Source of the DNA: Candidatus Moranbacteria bacterium GW2011_GWE2_35_2-
GTDB taxonomy: Bacteria; Patescibacteriota; Minisyncoccia; Moranbacterales; UBA9337
Reading direction: 5' to 3'
DNA length: 64,000 bases
NCBI GenBank assembly: GCA_000990585.1
Contig: LBQD01000003.1
Coordinates: 15,504 to 79,503, forward strand
Part shown: one piece after another, positions 19,712 through 30,537 of the stretch
How the letters are laid out: each line of letters starts with the position of its first letter
How positions within the stretch are numbered: the first letter of the stretch is position 1
Program-made: the position numbers and the translations under genes
Notes under the pieces: model-generated
What the model was told of the DNA's origin: nothing
Databases searched by the model: none
Seen by the model: only the letters and a program-made list of their open reading frames with translations

Positions 19712-19739
19712 GCGAGAAGTCTATTGATAAAATAAATTT

Positions 19740-20168
19740 ATGTCTAAGAAAAATATTTTTTTGAGTTTATTGATTATTACTATCTTGTCTATGCTGACTT
19801 TTGTTATTTTTCAAGAAGAAGCGAATGCACCTGAGAGAGAAATAAGGGTAAATACAGAAGAGATTAATAATAACGAGCCGGAAAATATTTCAGCAAGCAA
19901 TGAAATTATTTATTATTACGGAGAGGAATGTCCGCATTGTCAAGACGTTTTAAGATTTTTGGAAGAAAATAAAATTTCTGAGAAAGTGGAATTCCAAAAA
20001 AAAGAGGTTTGGCATAATAAAAATAATTCTGAAGAAATGATGAAAAAGGTTGGAGAATGCGAATTAAACCCAGACACTGTCGGTGTTCCGTTTTTGTATG
20101 CTGAGGGAAAATGCTTGATTGGTACACCGAAAGTAGAAGGATTTTTCAAGTTAAAAGCCGGGATTTAG
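19740..20168 (+). CDS. Membrane-anchored thioredoxin-fold thiol-disulfide oxidoreductase
   Basis: N-terminal transmembrane segment and a CPHC redox motif (YYYGEECPHCQDV). Confidence 0.6.
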   Translation: MSKKNIFLSLLIITILSMLTFVIFQEEANAPEREIRVNTEEINNNEPENISASNEIIYYYGEECPHCQDVLRFLEENKISEKVEFQKKEVWHNKNNSEEMMKKVGECELNPDTVGVPFLYAEGKCLIGTPKVEGFFKLKAGI

Positions 20169-20177
20169 TCTCGGGGC

Positions 20178-20205
20178 TTGACAGGTTTTTGCAAACTGCT
20201 ACAAT
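20178..20205 (+). promoter_or_regulatory. Candidate sigma70-type promoter upstream of the 16S rRNA gene
   Basis: TTGACA (20178-20183), 16-nt spacer, TACAAT (20200-20205). It lies ~380 nt upstream of the mature 16S 5' end. Confidence 0.4.
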
Positions 20206-20582
20206 GGATATTGCTAGTAAATAATTTGTTTGATTATTTAAAAGCCTTCGCAAAATTGAAATTTAAAACTCGGGATTGTCTGAAAAATACATCCCTTGGC
20301 ACAAAATAATCATTGTGCTTATGGATGTGTTTTTTGTTCGTAAATATTCGAGCGAAATTCAAGAACTTTGACAATTGAATCCTAGTTAATAAAACTAGCG
20401 TAAATAATCGCAATTTTTTGCGGTTAGTCCTTTGGCACGCCAAAGCTTCTTTGAAGCGTAGGCGGCCTATATCCGCCGTTGCTCTTATGAGCTATGGCGT
20501 GACGAAGTTAGAGTCTATTCAAAACTAAAGAATTTATTTTCTTTTTTATACGAATGAATAAGTATTTATACTTGTCATTCTT

Positions 20583-22123
<1,541 letters not shown>

Positions 22124-22136
<13 letters not shown>

Positions 22137-22432
22137 TAGGGAGATTTTGATAGAATTCTAGAGCATTACACATAAAGGCATACTAATTTCAAGTTAGTTG
22201 CTGTGGAATGTGGATTTTATCTGCTGGTCGTAACTTATGGATTTATCCGTAAGTAACAGCAACGGCAAAGCCAAGCCAAATAAAAATGGTAGTCGTATGT
22301 TTGTACAAGCATATGCATTGATTCAGTAATGAATCTCTCAAATAGGCTTCTAACCTAGGACTGACCGCAAAAGATTTTGATATTTACGAAAACTTTATTC
22401 TAAAACACCCGCAAGGGTGTTTTTTGTGTGGA
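22124..22432 (+). ncRNA. Structured 16S 3'-trailer element ending in a rho-independent terminator (copy 1 of 2)
   Basis: Conserved core cagcaacggcaaagccaagccaaataaaaatggtagtcgtatgtttgtacaagcatatgca plus GATTCA-GTAA-TGAATC hairpin, ending in the terminator aacacccGCAAgggtgttttttg. A second copy lies at 28937-29236. Confidence 0.55.
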
Positions 22433-22537
22433 AAAATTTGCTTCACTTTATTTCAAGAGAGTTAATGTGAATTGAACTTTATTAGAATTAAGTTTATAAT
22501 ATATTTACCTGATGAAGTTGAATAAATTACTAAAACA

Positions 22538-23824
22538 ATGAACAAAAAAAACATAATATTTAAATTATTAATATGGGCAGGCGGTTTAGTTGTCATTTTC
22601 TGCCTAATATGGACATTTGTATTATGGGGTACTCCCATATTTTCTTTTAGGGAAGCCTATTTGTCTTTGGTTAGCCGTGATTATGTTGGTGATTTACTTA
22701 TTAAGGAAGAAATTGAAAAAGGTAAAAAATATGATAGTAATCCTAATAATGTTTTTCTTCCAAAAATGGAATTAGACATTGGCATAAGTAATGAAAATTT
22801 TCCGAATATATTCAAGCAAAATGAATTTAAAAATCTTTTAGAGAGAAATCAAAAATATTTAGAAAAATTTGTTACCGTTCAATTGAGCGACGAAAACAAA
22901 AATGATTTATTTGTCCTTAACCCAGAAAATGGTTCTGTTTTGCAGATTTGGAATAATAGTAATATCGTCAATATCTATTCAGGAAAAGGAAATGTTCAGA
23001 ATTATGCTCTTGAAATCCCAGAATTTTCCAATAATGCGAAACTTTTTAATAATTCATTATCGTGTGCATGGTATTCGGAAGTAAATGTTTATTGTAAGAT
23101 GAGAGTTTTAGTTGATAAGCCAAAAGAATCTGTAAGGGAAGGATATGCAACAAGGGATGATGTGGTAGTTATGTATGCAATTGATGTTTCTAATGAAAGA
23201 GTTGTCTATCTAGGTAAGACACCATTTGATGTTAGGGGTAGATGGGATAAATTTCTGGCCTTTTACGATGGACATTACTTACCCTTAGTTGAAAATAAAA
23301 ATGAGATAACTATTTACGATACACGTCTTTCCGAAATTCAAACTGTAAAATTTTCTTATTCTGAGACTCCTCAATATTTCGAGTGTTCTTGGGTTGACGA
23401 TGAAAATATTTTCTGTGCCTTGTATTATCCAGAAAAGAAAAAACAAATAACAAAATTTTTTCTTTATGATGTATTAAGCAATAATTATATAAATCTTGGG
23501 GAAGAACAGTTTGACAATTCTGCTTATTCTGCCTCTGGTCTTGGACTCGGAAATTTTAAGGAAGGAAAATTAATTTCTCATCCTACAAAGAATGCACTTG
23601 TTTACGAGAATTGCATACGATGGGGAGCTGATTTAGGAACCACTATGGAAGGAGAGTGTAAAAGAAATAAAATTAGCCTTGTGAAAGATGAAAAAATAAT
23701 TACTTTAATTGAAAGTGAGACATCAAATAAAAGATATGCAATTGATAGCGATGAAGAAGGATTTATTTTATATGAAATTGCAAGTGATAATGAAATTGAA
23801 AGTAAGTATAGGCTTAAACTATGA
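22538..23824 (+). CDS. Hypothetical membrane-anchored protein (428 aa), very AT-rich
   Basis: N-terminal transmembrane segment. No recognisable motif. Confidence 0.5.
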   Translation: MNKKNIIFKLLIWAGGLVVIFCLIWTFVLWGTPIFSFREAYLSLVSRDYVGDLLIKEEIEKGKKYDSNPNNVFLPKMELDIGISNENFPNIFKQNEFKNLLERNQKYLEKFVTVQLSDENKNDLFVLNPENGSVLQIWNNSNIVNIYSGKGNVQNYALEIPEFSNNAKLFNNSLSCAWYSEVNVYCKMRVLVDKPKESVREGYATRDDVVVMYAIDVSNERVVYLGKTPFDVRGRWDKFLAFYDGHYLPLVENKNEITIYDTRLSEIQTVKFSYSETPQYFECSWVDDENIFCALYYPEKKKQITKFFLYDVLSNNYINLGEEQFDNSAYSASGLGLGNFKEGKLISHPTKNALVYENCIRWGADLGTTMEGECKRNKISLVKDEKIITLIESETSNKRYAIDSDEEGFILYEIASDNEIESKYRLKL

Positions 23825-23964
23825 TAAAAATCTGTTTTTTTCAAGACACATTAAGGGTTTAACGGAGTTAAGTAATTATGTGGATGGTAAATAAAATAGC
23901 TCAAGAAATAAAATTTTAACGATATGGCAATAATGGCTGAAATTGGTGGTAAATTATTTTAAAT

Positions 23965-24621
23965 ATGGATAACATAAAAGCAATAATATTTGATATGGAC
24001 GGAGTAATTGTAGCCTCCGAACCTATCCACGAAAAAGCGGAAGCAGAAACTTGCCGTGAGTTCGGTATGGAAGTTCCCAAAAAAGAATGGGACGGTTTTA
24101 GGGGTAAAAAGCTGGAGGATATCTTCTCTTATGTCAGTCAAAAATATGGAACAGGAAACGAACCCATTGAAAAAATGATCCAGCGCAAGATTGAGTTATA
24201 TCTTTCGTATGCTTTGCGAGATATGCAATTAGTGGAGGGCGCGTATGAATTTTTACAGGAATTAAAGAAAAGTCAAAAATATCGCTATGCCCTTACAACT
24301 TCAGGAAGAAAAATTCAGCAAGATAAAATTCTGGCAAAGTTCAATCTGGCTGATTTTTTTGACATTATGATTACGGCAGACGATGTTAATAACGGGAAAC
24401 CACATCCGGAGCCATATATGATTACAGTCAAAAAACTAAACGAGCAATCAAGCGAATGTTTGGTAATAGAAGATTCGGATAATGGTATTCTTTCCGCTAA
24501 ATCGGCTGGTTGTCAGGCGTGTGGCATCACGACAACTTTTACCAAGGAACGCTTGGAATCTGTTGGTGCGGATATGGTGGTTTCTAGTTTCTCTGAATTA
24601 TCAAAAGTTTTGTTTGAATAA
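23965..24621 (+). CDS. HAD-IA family hydrolase (beta-phosphoglucomutase/phosphatase-like)
   Basis: IIFDMDGVIV motif I, the T/S motif II, K and the DD motifs (EDSDNG). Confidence 0.85.
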   Translation: MDNIKAIIFDMDGVIVASEPIHEKAEAETCREFGMEVPKKEWDGFRGKKLEDIFSYVSQKYGTGNEPIEKMIQRKIELYLSYALRDMQLVEGAYEFLQELKKSQKYRYALTTSGRKIQQDKILAKFNLADFFDIMITADDVNNGKPHPEPYMITVKKLNEQSSECLVIEDSDNGILSAKSAGCQACGITTTFTKERLESVGADMVVSSFSELSKVLFE

Positions 24622-24641
24622 TAAAAATTAAACAAATAGTT

Positions 24642-24743
24642 ATGGAAATATCAGACTTATTAAACCAGAGCAGACAAATTTGGGGCAAACACAAAAATTA
24701 ACCCTCTCGCAAATTATCGTCAGAATGGGGAAAGTTTTTGACT
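24642..24743 (+). pseudogene. Truncated duplicate of the 5' end of the MazG-like gene at 27705
   Basis: atggaaatatcagacttattaaaccagagcagacaaatttggggcaaacacaaaaattaaccctctcgcaaattatcgtcagaatggggaaagtttttg is ~90% identical to 27705-27803. A 1-nt indel gives MEISDLLNQSRQIWGKHKN* and a premature stop. Confidence 0.75.
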
Positions 24744-24956
24744 TCGTGTGCCACGAAGGTAATGTGTTGTTGCCTTAAGAATTAAGCGACACAATATGAA
24801 CAAAAAGAAATTCCTCTCTTTTGAAAAAGTTTACAGAAGCGGGCTGACGAACTTGTCTGATGATGAGGTAGGTATATGCCGGACATCAATGAAATCAGAT
24901 TTTTGTAGTATTAAAATATGGATGGGAATTTACCAAAAAAGATAAGGAATAACAAA

Positions 24957-26027
24957 TTATTCAGAGAAATAATTATTTACCGCAAACTCGAATTGTTGGA
25001 GGAATATTTCTTTTATATATGAAATATTATTTTGTTCGTAAAATAATATCATAGCCTTTTTATATTCTACAGAGTCTATATTTCGATATGAAAGCATAGC
25101 CTTGTTGCTGGCATAGAGGATGGCATTGGCGATAATGCGCGAGGTGCGCTTGTTGCCGTCTTCAAATGGTTGTATATAGGCAATCATAACCAAAACAACA
25201 AAAGCCTTTATAAAAGGATTATTTACTTTCAAAAGGGTCTTTTCCAGTTTTTTCATAGCCGTGTCAATTTCATCTCTTTTCGGCAATGGTCTGTAAATCG
25301 TTCCGGTTATTCCAACCGGATGATTTCGAAAGTCTTTTCTGATATCTATGCCTTCGGTCAGCAGTTCGTGGATTTTTTTGATTTTATCAAGGCTAATATT
25401 TTTGAAATAATCTCTATTGTTCAAAATAAAATCAAGCGCTTTTTTGTGATTAAGTATCATTTGCGCTTCTGTTTTATTTTTTCCTTCGGCGAAACGCATT
25501 TCTTTGATAAGCGCTTCAGTTTCCAAAAGAGTGTAGGTATTTCCTTCGATTTCAGATGACTTCCATGATAATTCAATAATCAGGCGCTCCCATTCTTTTT
25601 TCAAAATCGCCGGACTTTCTTTGCTTAATTTATTTTCTGTTTGAGTATATTTTTCATTGGTTGCATCCAGCTTCTCCAATTCTTCTTTCGAAAAAATGTC
25701 ATCGTCCAGAATGGAAAATATATCATCTCTAAATGATGGACTGGCTTTTCTTTCTGAAAAGGGCAGGGAAAAGTATTTTTCCGTGTCAATTTTCTCAAGA
25801 GATAGGTATTTTTTTGTTATTTCATATATTACCGATCTTCCCGCTCCCTTTTTTTTAAGGATTCTATTTTTTTCTAAATATGACAGATCGCGAACAACTG
25901 TTAGCCGTGAAACATTAAAACTTTTTGCGATAACGAAAAAAACATCTTTTGTCTGAAAAGATTTTTTCTCTTTTGCAAAATCAAGAATGAATTGTTGCCG
26001 CTTGTTTAAATCTGGATATATTGGCAT
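24957..26027 (-). CDS. Fic/DOC family protein with an N-terminal winged-HTH and a degenerate Fic motif
   Basis: The C-terminus carries IQPFEDGNKRTSR where the canonical motif is HPFx(D/E)GNGRxxR: the catalytic His is replaced by Gln, and GNGR by GNKR. The N-terminal ~70 aa is a DNA-binding-like wHTH. Confidence 0.75.
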   Translation of the reverse strand: MPIYPDLNKRQQFILDFAKEKKSFQTKDVFFVIAKSFNVSRLTVVRDLSYLEKNRILKKKGAGRSVIYEITKKYLSLEKIDTEKYFSLPFSERKASPSFRDDIFSILDDDIFSKEELEKLDATNEKYTQTENKLSKESPAILKKEWERLIIELSWKSSEIEGNTYTLLETEALIKEMRFAEGKNKTEAQMILNHKKALDFILNNRDYFKNISLDKIKKIHELLTEGIDIRKDFRNHPVGITGTIYRPLPKRDEIDTAMKKLEKTLLKVNNPFIKAFVVLVMIAYIQPFEDGNKRTSRIIANAILYASNKAMLSYRNIDSVEYKKAMILFYEQNNISYIKEIFLQQFEFAVNNYFSE

Positions 26028-26445
26028 AATTGTATCATTTTATTGAATAATTACATCGTAATTGTATCATTTATGATACAAAAGTCAAATTAGTAGGCTT
26101 AATAATGATACAAAAAACGGATTGATAAGGCTTTATTGCGCAGCATTGTTTTTGTTTTGAAGAATGAAAAACACTATTTTTTTTGTTATCTAACGTGTAT
26201 TATAGCACACCTTTATCAAGGCGGAAAATTGGGTTATACTGAAAATATGAAATTGTTGCTAACTTCAACGGGATTAACAAATGAAAACATAAGAAATTTC
26301 TTTATTTCTCAATTTGACAGGTTGATGTTGAGGCTTTCAAAGAAAAAAGAAAAGGCGAGCCAGTAATTGAATTAACCGATGACCAAGCTATCTTTGTGGG
26401 AGGGGATAATTATAAATTTGTAGGGGATTTAGAAGAAATAAAATT

Positions 26446-27027
26446 ATGAACATTTGTATTTTTGGCGACAGTATAACCGAGGGATACTATGATGAGGAAA
26501 AAAATGGTTGGGTCAATCGCCTAAAAGCTATTTTCAGCGATGATGAAATATGCAACCTTGGAATTTCAGGAGATTCAACTGAAGATTTGCTCAAGCGGTT
26601 TGATGCGGATATTAAAGATAAAAATCCAGAGATGATTATCTTTGCGATTGGCACAAACGATTCTGTATATTTACCAGCTGAAAAACGAAATTATGTTGAT
26701 TTTAATAAATTCAATGAAAATCTAAAGACCCTCATAGAGAAATCAAGACAGTTCACGAGCAATATCGTTTTTGTCGGATTAACGCCAGTTGATGAAAGTT
26801 TGACCAAGCCTATTCCTTGGGAAATTGAAATGCATTACACGAATGAAGAGATAGGGAAATATAACAAAGCCATCAGGCAGATTTGCGAAGACGAAAAACT
26901 GAAGTTTATTGATATTTTTGATGATTTGGCGAGTATCAATTATAAAGAAATGCTTTCCGATGGTCTGCACCCCAATGCAGTGGGTCACGAATGGATGGCG
27001 AATAAAATAGCTAAAGAATTAAAATAA
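26446..27027 (+). CDS. SGNH/GDSL-family hydrolase (lipase/acylhydrolase-like)
   Basis: Block I GDSITEG, GTND, and DGLHPN (the catalytic D..H). Confidence 0.85.
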   Translation: MNICIFGDSITEGYYDEEKNGWVNRLKAIFSDDEICNLGISGDSTEDLLKRFDADIKDKNPEMIIFAIGTNDSVYLPAEKRNYVDFNKFNENLKTLIEKSRQFTSNIVFVGLTPVDESLTKPIPWEIEMHYTNEEIGKYNKAIRQICEDEKLKFIDIFDDLASINYKEMLSDGLHPNAVGHEWMANKIAKELK

Positions 27028-27033
27028 TAAATT

Positions 27034-27393
27034 ATGGAATTCAAGCATTTTGAAACAAGTTTAGAAAAAGAGAATGAGTATCCAAAGCTGGTCAGGGATA
27101 AAATCCCTGAAGTTGTTCAAGGGAAAACAGGGAAAGAAGTAAAAACGAGGATTATGGAAGATGAAGAATATCGGAAATACTTATTGAAAAAAGTTGAAGA
27201 GGAGGCACACGAATTGGCAAATGCTGAGGGAATAGAACATATAACTGAAGAGTTGGCTGATGTGATGGAGCTAATAGACACTATTTTGGAAGTTAATGGA
27301 CTGGATTTAGAAACAATACGCAAGGCACAAAAAGCTAAAGCCGAGATAAGAGGAGGCTTCAAGGGTAAGATTTTAATGTTGGAAAAAGTATAA
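27034..27393 (+). CDS. MazG-like / PRA-PH-type nucleoside triphosphate pyrophosphohydrolase
   Basis: YPKLVRDKIPE...EEAHELA...EELADVMELIDTILEVNGLDLE...RGGF is the all-alpha NTP pyrophosphatase signature. Confidence 0.7.
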   Translation: MEFKHFETSLEKENEYPKLVRDKIPEVVQGKTGKEVKTRIMEDEEYRKYLLKKVEEEAHELANAEGIEHITEELADVMELIDTILEVNGLDLETIRKAQKAKAEIRGGFKGKILMLEKV

Positions 27394-27397
27394 TCTT

Positions 27398-27700
27398 ATG
27401 TTTAAAGAATACATCGCATATTTAAAAGACAACCCAAAAGGTTACTGGTTCAAACGAAAACTCTACGGCTGGGGATGGACGCCAACGAAATGGCAGGGAT
27501 GGTGTGTCATATTTCTCTATATCTTACTCATCCTGAGTCTCGTGCTTACCAGAGAAGAGGCTATCCCAGGAAATCCTGATTCAGGAAGTAATTTCTTGAC
27601 ATTCGCACTACCAATCATTGTTTTGACTATCCTTCTCATCGTTGTTGCCTATAAAAAAGGAGAAAAACCACGTTGGCAGTGGGGTAAACCAAAAAAATAA
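27398..27700 (+). CDS. Small hypothetical membrane protein, Trp-rich
   Basis: Two predicted transmembrane segments. No recognisable motif. Confidence 0.4.
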   Translation: MFKEYIAYLKDNPKGYWFKRKLYGWGWTPTKWQGWCVIFLYILLILSLVLTREEAIPGNPDSGSNFLTFALPIIVLTILLIVVAYKKGEKPRWQWGKPKK

Positions 27701-27704
27701 AATT

Positions 27705-27983
27705 ATGGAAATTTCAAACTTATTAAAACAAACTAGACAAATTTGGGGCAAACAAAAATTAACCCTCTCGCAAATTATCGTCAGAATGGGGAAAGTTTTT
27801 GGTGATATTTGTCGTTGGGAGAGGGATGCATCAAAGGACAAGAAAATTCATACAAAGCAGGAATTAAAAAAGGAAATGGGCAATATGATTCTCTCGTCTA
27901 TCCGCTGGTGTGATGACCTTGGATTTAATCCTGAGGATTGCATTAAGGAAGCAATGAGTGCCCAGAAGAAGTTTGAGAAATAA
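27705..27983 (+). CDS. MazG-family small nucleotide pyrophosphohydrolase
   Basis: LSQIIVRMGKVFGDICRWERD...KEMGNMILSSIRWCDDLGFNPEDCIKEA matches the MazG EExxE/D helical core. Start chosen at the ATG at 27705 with an RBS-like aaaataaaatt upstream. Confidence 0.65.
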   Translation: MEISNLLKQTRQIWGKQKLTLSQIIVRMGKVFGDICRWERDASKDKKIHTKQELKKEMGNMILSSIRWCDDLGFNPEDCIKEAMSAQKKFEK

Positions 27984-28394
27984 ATGAAGAAAGCCTTTCA
28001 AAAAACACTTGAAACATTGAAAATATCCCTGCCAATAATCATTGGTATTTTAATGCTGATTAGCATTATCAATCCTCTGTTTGAAAAATACTATCCCAAG
28101 ATATTCACTGGCAACTATTTTATTGACCCTTTGATTGGGGCTGTGGCTGGTAGCATTTCTTTTGGTATTCCAATTGCCAGTTATGTGACTGGTGGGGAAT
28201 TGTTGAAAGAAGGAGTGAGTCTTTTGGCGGTCACTGCGTTTATCTTGGCTTGGAGCACAGTTGGGGTTATGTTTATGCCTTTGGAAATTTCCAATTTGGG
28301 CAAAAAGTTTGCTATTTGGAGAAACTCACTGAATTTCATCAGTTCAATCATCATTGCTATCCTAACCATCATTACCTTGAAAATTATCCTATGA
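27984..28394 (+). CDS. Permease subunit 1 of a split DUF318/COG0701-type membrane permease
   Basis: Four transmembrane segments. Its stop overlaps the start of the next gene in an ATGA arrangement. It lies next to arsR-arsM. Confidence 0.5.
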   Translation: MKKAFQKTLETLKISLPIIIGILMLISIINPLFEKYYPKIFTGNYFIDPLIGAVAGSISFGIPIASYVTGGELLKEGVSLLAVTAFILAWSTVGVMFMPLEISNLGKKFAIWRNSLNFISSIIIAILTIITLKIIL

Positions 28395-28915
28395 TAGATA
28401 AAATAAAAAAACTACCAGGTGGAGTCAAATTTATGCTAAGTATGGCAGTGGTGTATTTGATTGCGATTTTTGTAGATAAATCCTTTGTATTAAGTTCATT
28501 CAATAAATTTGTCCAAACTTTGATTGAATTGTTGCCAATCCTTGTGTTGGTTTTTGGGGTCATCTTTATCGTAAATATATTTCTGAACCCAGAAACAATC
28601 AAAAAGCACTTGGGACACGATTCAGGATTGAAAGGCTGGTTTTATGCCAGTTTAGGTTCAGTGTTAATAGTCAGCCCTCCATACGTAATTTTTCCGTTAC
28701 TCGGTCAATTGAAAAAACACGGAATGAAATACTCCCTGATGGCAGTTTTTCTTGGCAACAGGAATGTCCAACCAGCCTTTTTGCCAGTGATGGTGTATTA
28801 TTTCGGTTTGCCATTTACGGTGGTGATTTCTGTCTATATTTTAATCTTTTCAGTTTTAAGCGGTATTGTTATGGGGAGGGTAATGGAAGAGAATGATTTG
28901 GTTAAAATGGCTTAA
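28391..28915 (+). CDS. Permease subunit 2 of the split DUF318/COG0701-type permease
   Basis: MIDKIKKLPGG... with 4–5 transmembrane segments. ATGA overlap with the upstream subunit. Confidence 0.5.
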   Translation: MIDKIKKLPGGVKFMLSMAVVYLIAIFVDKSFVLSSFNKFVQTLIELLPILVLVFGVIFIVNIFLNPETIKKHLGHDSGLKGWFYASLGSVLIVSPPYVIFPLLGQLKKHGMKYSLMAVFLGNRNVQPAFLPVMVYYFGLPFTVVISVYILIFSVLSGIVMGRVMEENDLVKMA

Positions 28916-28936
28916 CTTCTCTGATTCCTCCCACGA

Positions 28937-29236
28937 ATCACCTCCTTTCTAGGGAGATTTTGATACTAACTGAGAGTATCACACACAAAAGTCGCTTTGA
29001 TTCAAATTAAAGCGATGTGGGGTATAGTTAGTATCCGCTGGTCGTAATGTGGAATTTATTCTGCATAACAGCAACGGCAAAGCCAAGCCAAATAAAAATG
29101 GTAGTCGTATGTTTGTACAAGCATATGCAGTTGATTCAGCAATGAATCGCTCGGATAGACTCTTATAGGACTAATCGCAATAGGTTGTGATAACATATAC
29201 TTTTTGCAAAGAACACCTTAAATGGTGTTTTTTGCG
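28937..29236 (+). ncRNA. Second copy of the 16S 3'-trailer structured element, without a 16S gene
   Basis: atcacctcctttctagggagattttgata, then a variable ~60 nt, then the near-identical core cagcaacggcaaagccaagccaaataaaaatggtagtcgtatgtttgtacaagcatatgcagttgattcaGCAAtgaatc. It ends in the terminator aacaccTTAAATggtgttttttg. Confidence 0.55.
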
Positions 29237-29463
29237 TTGGGAAAAATCGGATTATACTCCGCTCCACTTTTAAAATTATGGCTTATTTTAACTAGGTATT
29301 TTAATCTAGAAATCGTTTCCAAACTATTAGGCTATTACGTGCAAAAAAATCAAGGCAGGGGAGACCCTGTTTTTTGAGTGGAAAGATTTAACTATCTTTC
29401 GCTTTGCTTGACCATAATATCTATCAGGCGTAGTATTCTAATATAAATTAGAATAGTTTTGTT

Positions 29464-29772
29464 ATGGAATTCAGATGTTGTGCTAAAAATTCTAAGGAAC
29501 AAAAAGATGTCAGTCAGACATATGCTTTTTTGCGAGCCATTGCCGACCCCAATAGATTAAAGATTCTTTGTTTCCTTCAGAAAGGTTCAAAATGTGTCTG
29601 TGAAATCGTGCCAGCAATAGGGATATCAGATAAGTTGGCTTCGCATCATCTCAAGCAACTCAAGAAAGCGGAACTCATAAAAGACCAGCGCCAAGGCAAT
29701 TTCATCTATTATTCTCTGAATCGAAAAGCCATTAAAAATTATAAATCGTTATTTAATCAAATAATCAAATAA
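29464..29772 (+). CDS. arsR: ArsR/SmtB-family metalloregulator
   Basis: LRAIADPNRLKILCFLQKGSKCVCEI...LASHHLKQLKKAELI: an HTH with the CVC metal-binding site. Confidence 0.85.
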   Translation: MEFRCCAKNSKEQKDVSQTYAFLRAIADPNRLKILCFLQKGSKCVCEIVPAIGISDKLASHHLKQLKKAELIKDQRQGNFIYYSLNRKAIKNYKSLFNQIIK

Positions 29773-29774
29773 AT

Positions 29775-30527
29775 ATGCAAGACGAAAAAATCAAAGAAGT
29801 GGTCAAAAAATCATACGCTAAAATTGCATCTCAAAATAGCGGATGCGGTTGTAGTTGTAACTGTGGAACGTATGCGGATAATGAACAAATTGCCAAGAGC
29901 ATCGGTTATTCAGATGAAGAAATAAATACAGTTTCCGAGGCTAATTTGGGGCTGGGTTGCGGTAATCCTATTGCGATGGGTGAAATAAAAGAGGGGGATA
30001 TCATTTTGGATTTAGGTTCCGGGGCTGGATTTGATTGTTTTTTAGCTTCTAAAAAAGTGGGTGAAACTGGCAGAGTGATTGGTGTGGATATGACCGAAGA
30101 GATGATTGCCAAAGCTGAGGAGAACGCTGAAAAATATGGTTATAAAAATGTAGAATTCAAGCTAGGGGAAATTGAAAATCTGCCAATTGAGGACAATTCA
30201 ATTGATGTGGCAATCAGTAATTGCGTAATTAATCTTGTTCCCGACAAGGAAAAAGCGTTTAGAGAAATTTACCGAGTTTTGAAAAAAGATGGAAAAATTT
30301 ATCTCTCAGACATTGTTCTTTTGGATAATATTGCCGATGAGCTAAAAAGCGATGAAGAACTATTGGCTGGTTGCGTTGGAGGGGCATTGCTCCGAGATGA
30401 ATATATGGAAATTATTAAAAAGGCTGGATTTGAAGTGAAAATTTTGTCAGAGGATAAGGACATCAGCAAAAGACAATATCAGGGAATACCGCTGGAAAGT
30501 TTGAAAATAGAAGCGATAAAGAAGTGA
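29775..30527 (+). CDS. arsM: Arsenite S-adenosylmethionine methyltransferase
   Basis: Conserved Cys cluster (CGCSCNCG ... LGLGCGNP) and the SAM motif ILDLGSGAGFD. Confidence 0.8.
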   Translation: MQDEKIKEVVKKSYAKIASQNSGCGCSCNCGTYADNEQIAKSIGYSDEEINTVSEANLGLGCGNPIAMGEIKEGDIILDLGSGAGFDCFLASKKVGETGRVIGVDMTEEMIAKAEENAEKYGYKNVEFKLGEIENLPIEDNSIDVAISNCVINLVPDKEKAFREIYRVLKKDGKIYLSDIVLLDNIADELKSDEELLAGCVGGALLRDEYMEIIKKAGFEVKILSEDKDISKRQYQGIPLESLKIEAIKK

Positions 30528-30537
30528 ATTAAAGTAT

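Noticed and set aside
22141-22537. Possibility that the 16S–23S spacer with tRNAs and a 23S gene follows the 16S
   Set aside because: No tRNA cloverleaf and no 23S 5' sequence (GGTTAAGC…-type) are present. The region ends in an intrinsic terminator at ~22407-22432 and a protein gene starts at 22538.
26136-26366. 76-aa ORF between the Fic gene and the GDSL hydrolase gene
   Set aside because: It lies in the divergent promoter region upstream of the minus-strand Fic gene. It has no motif and is more likely a regulatory region than a gene.
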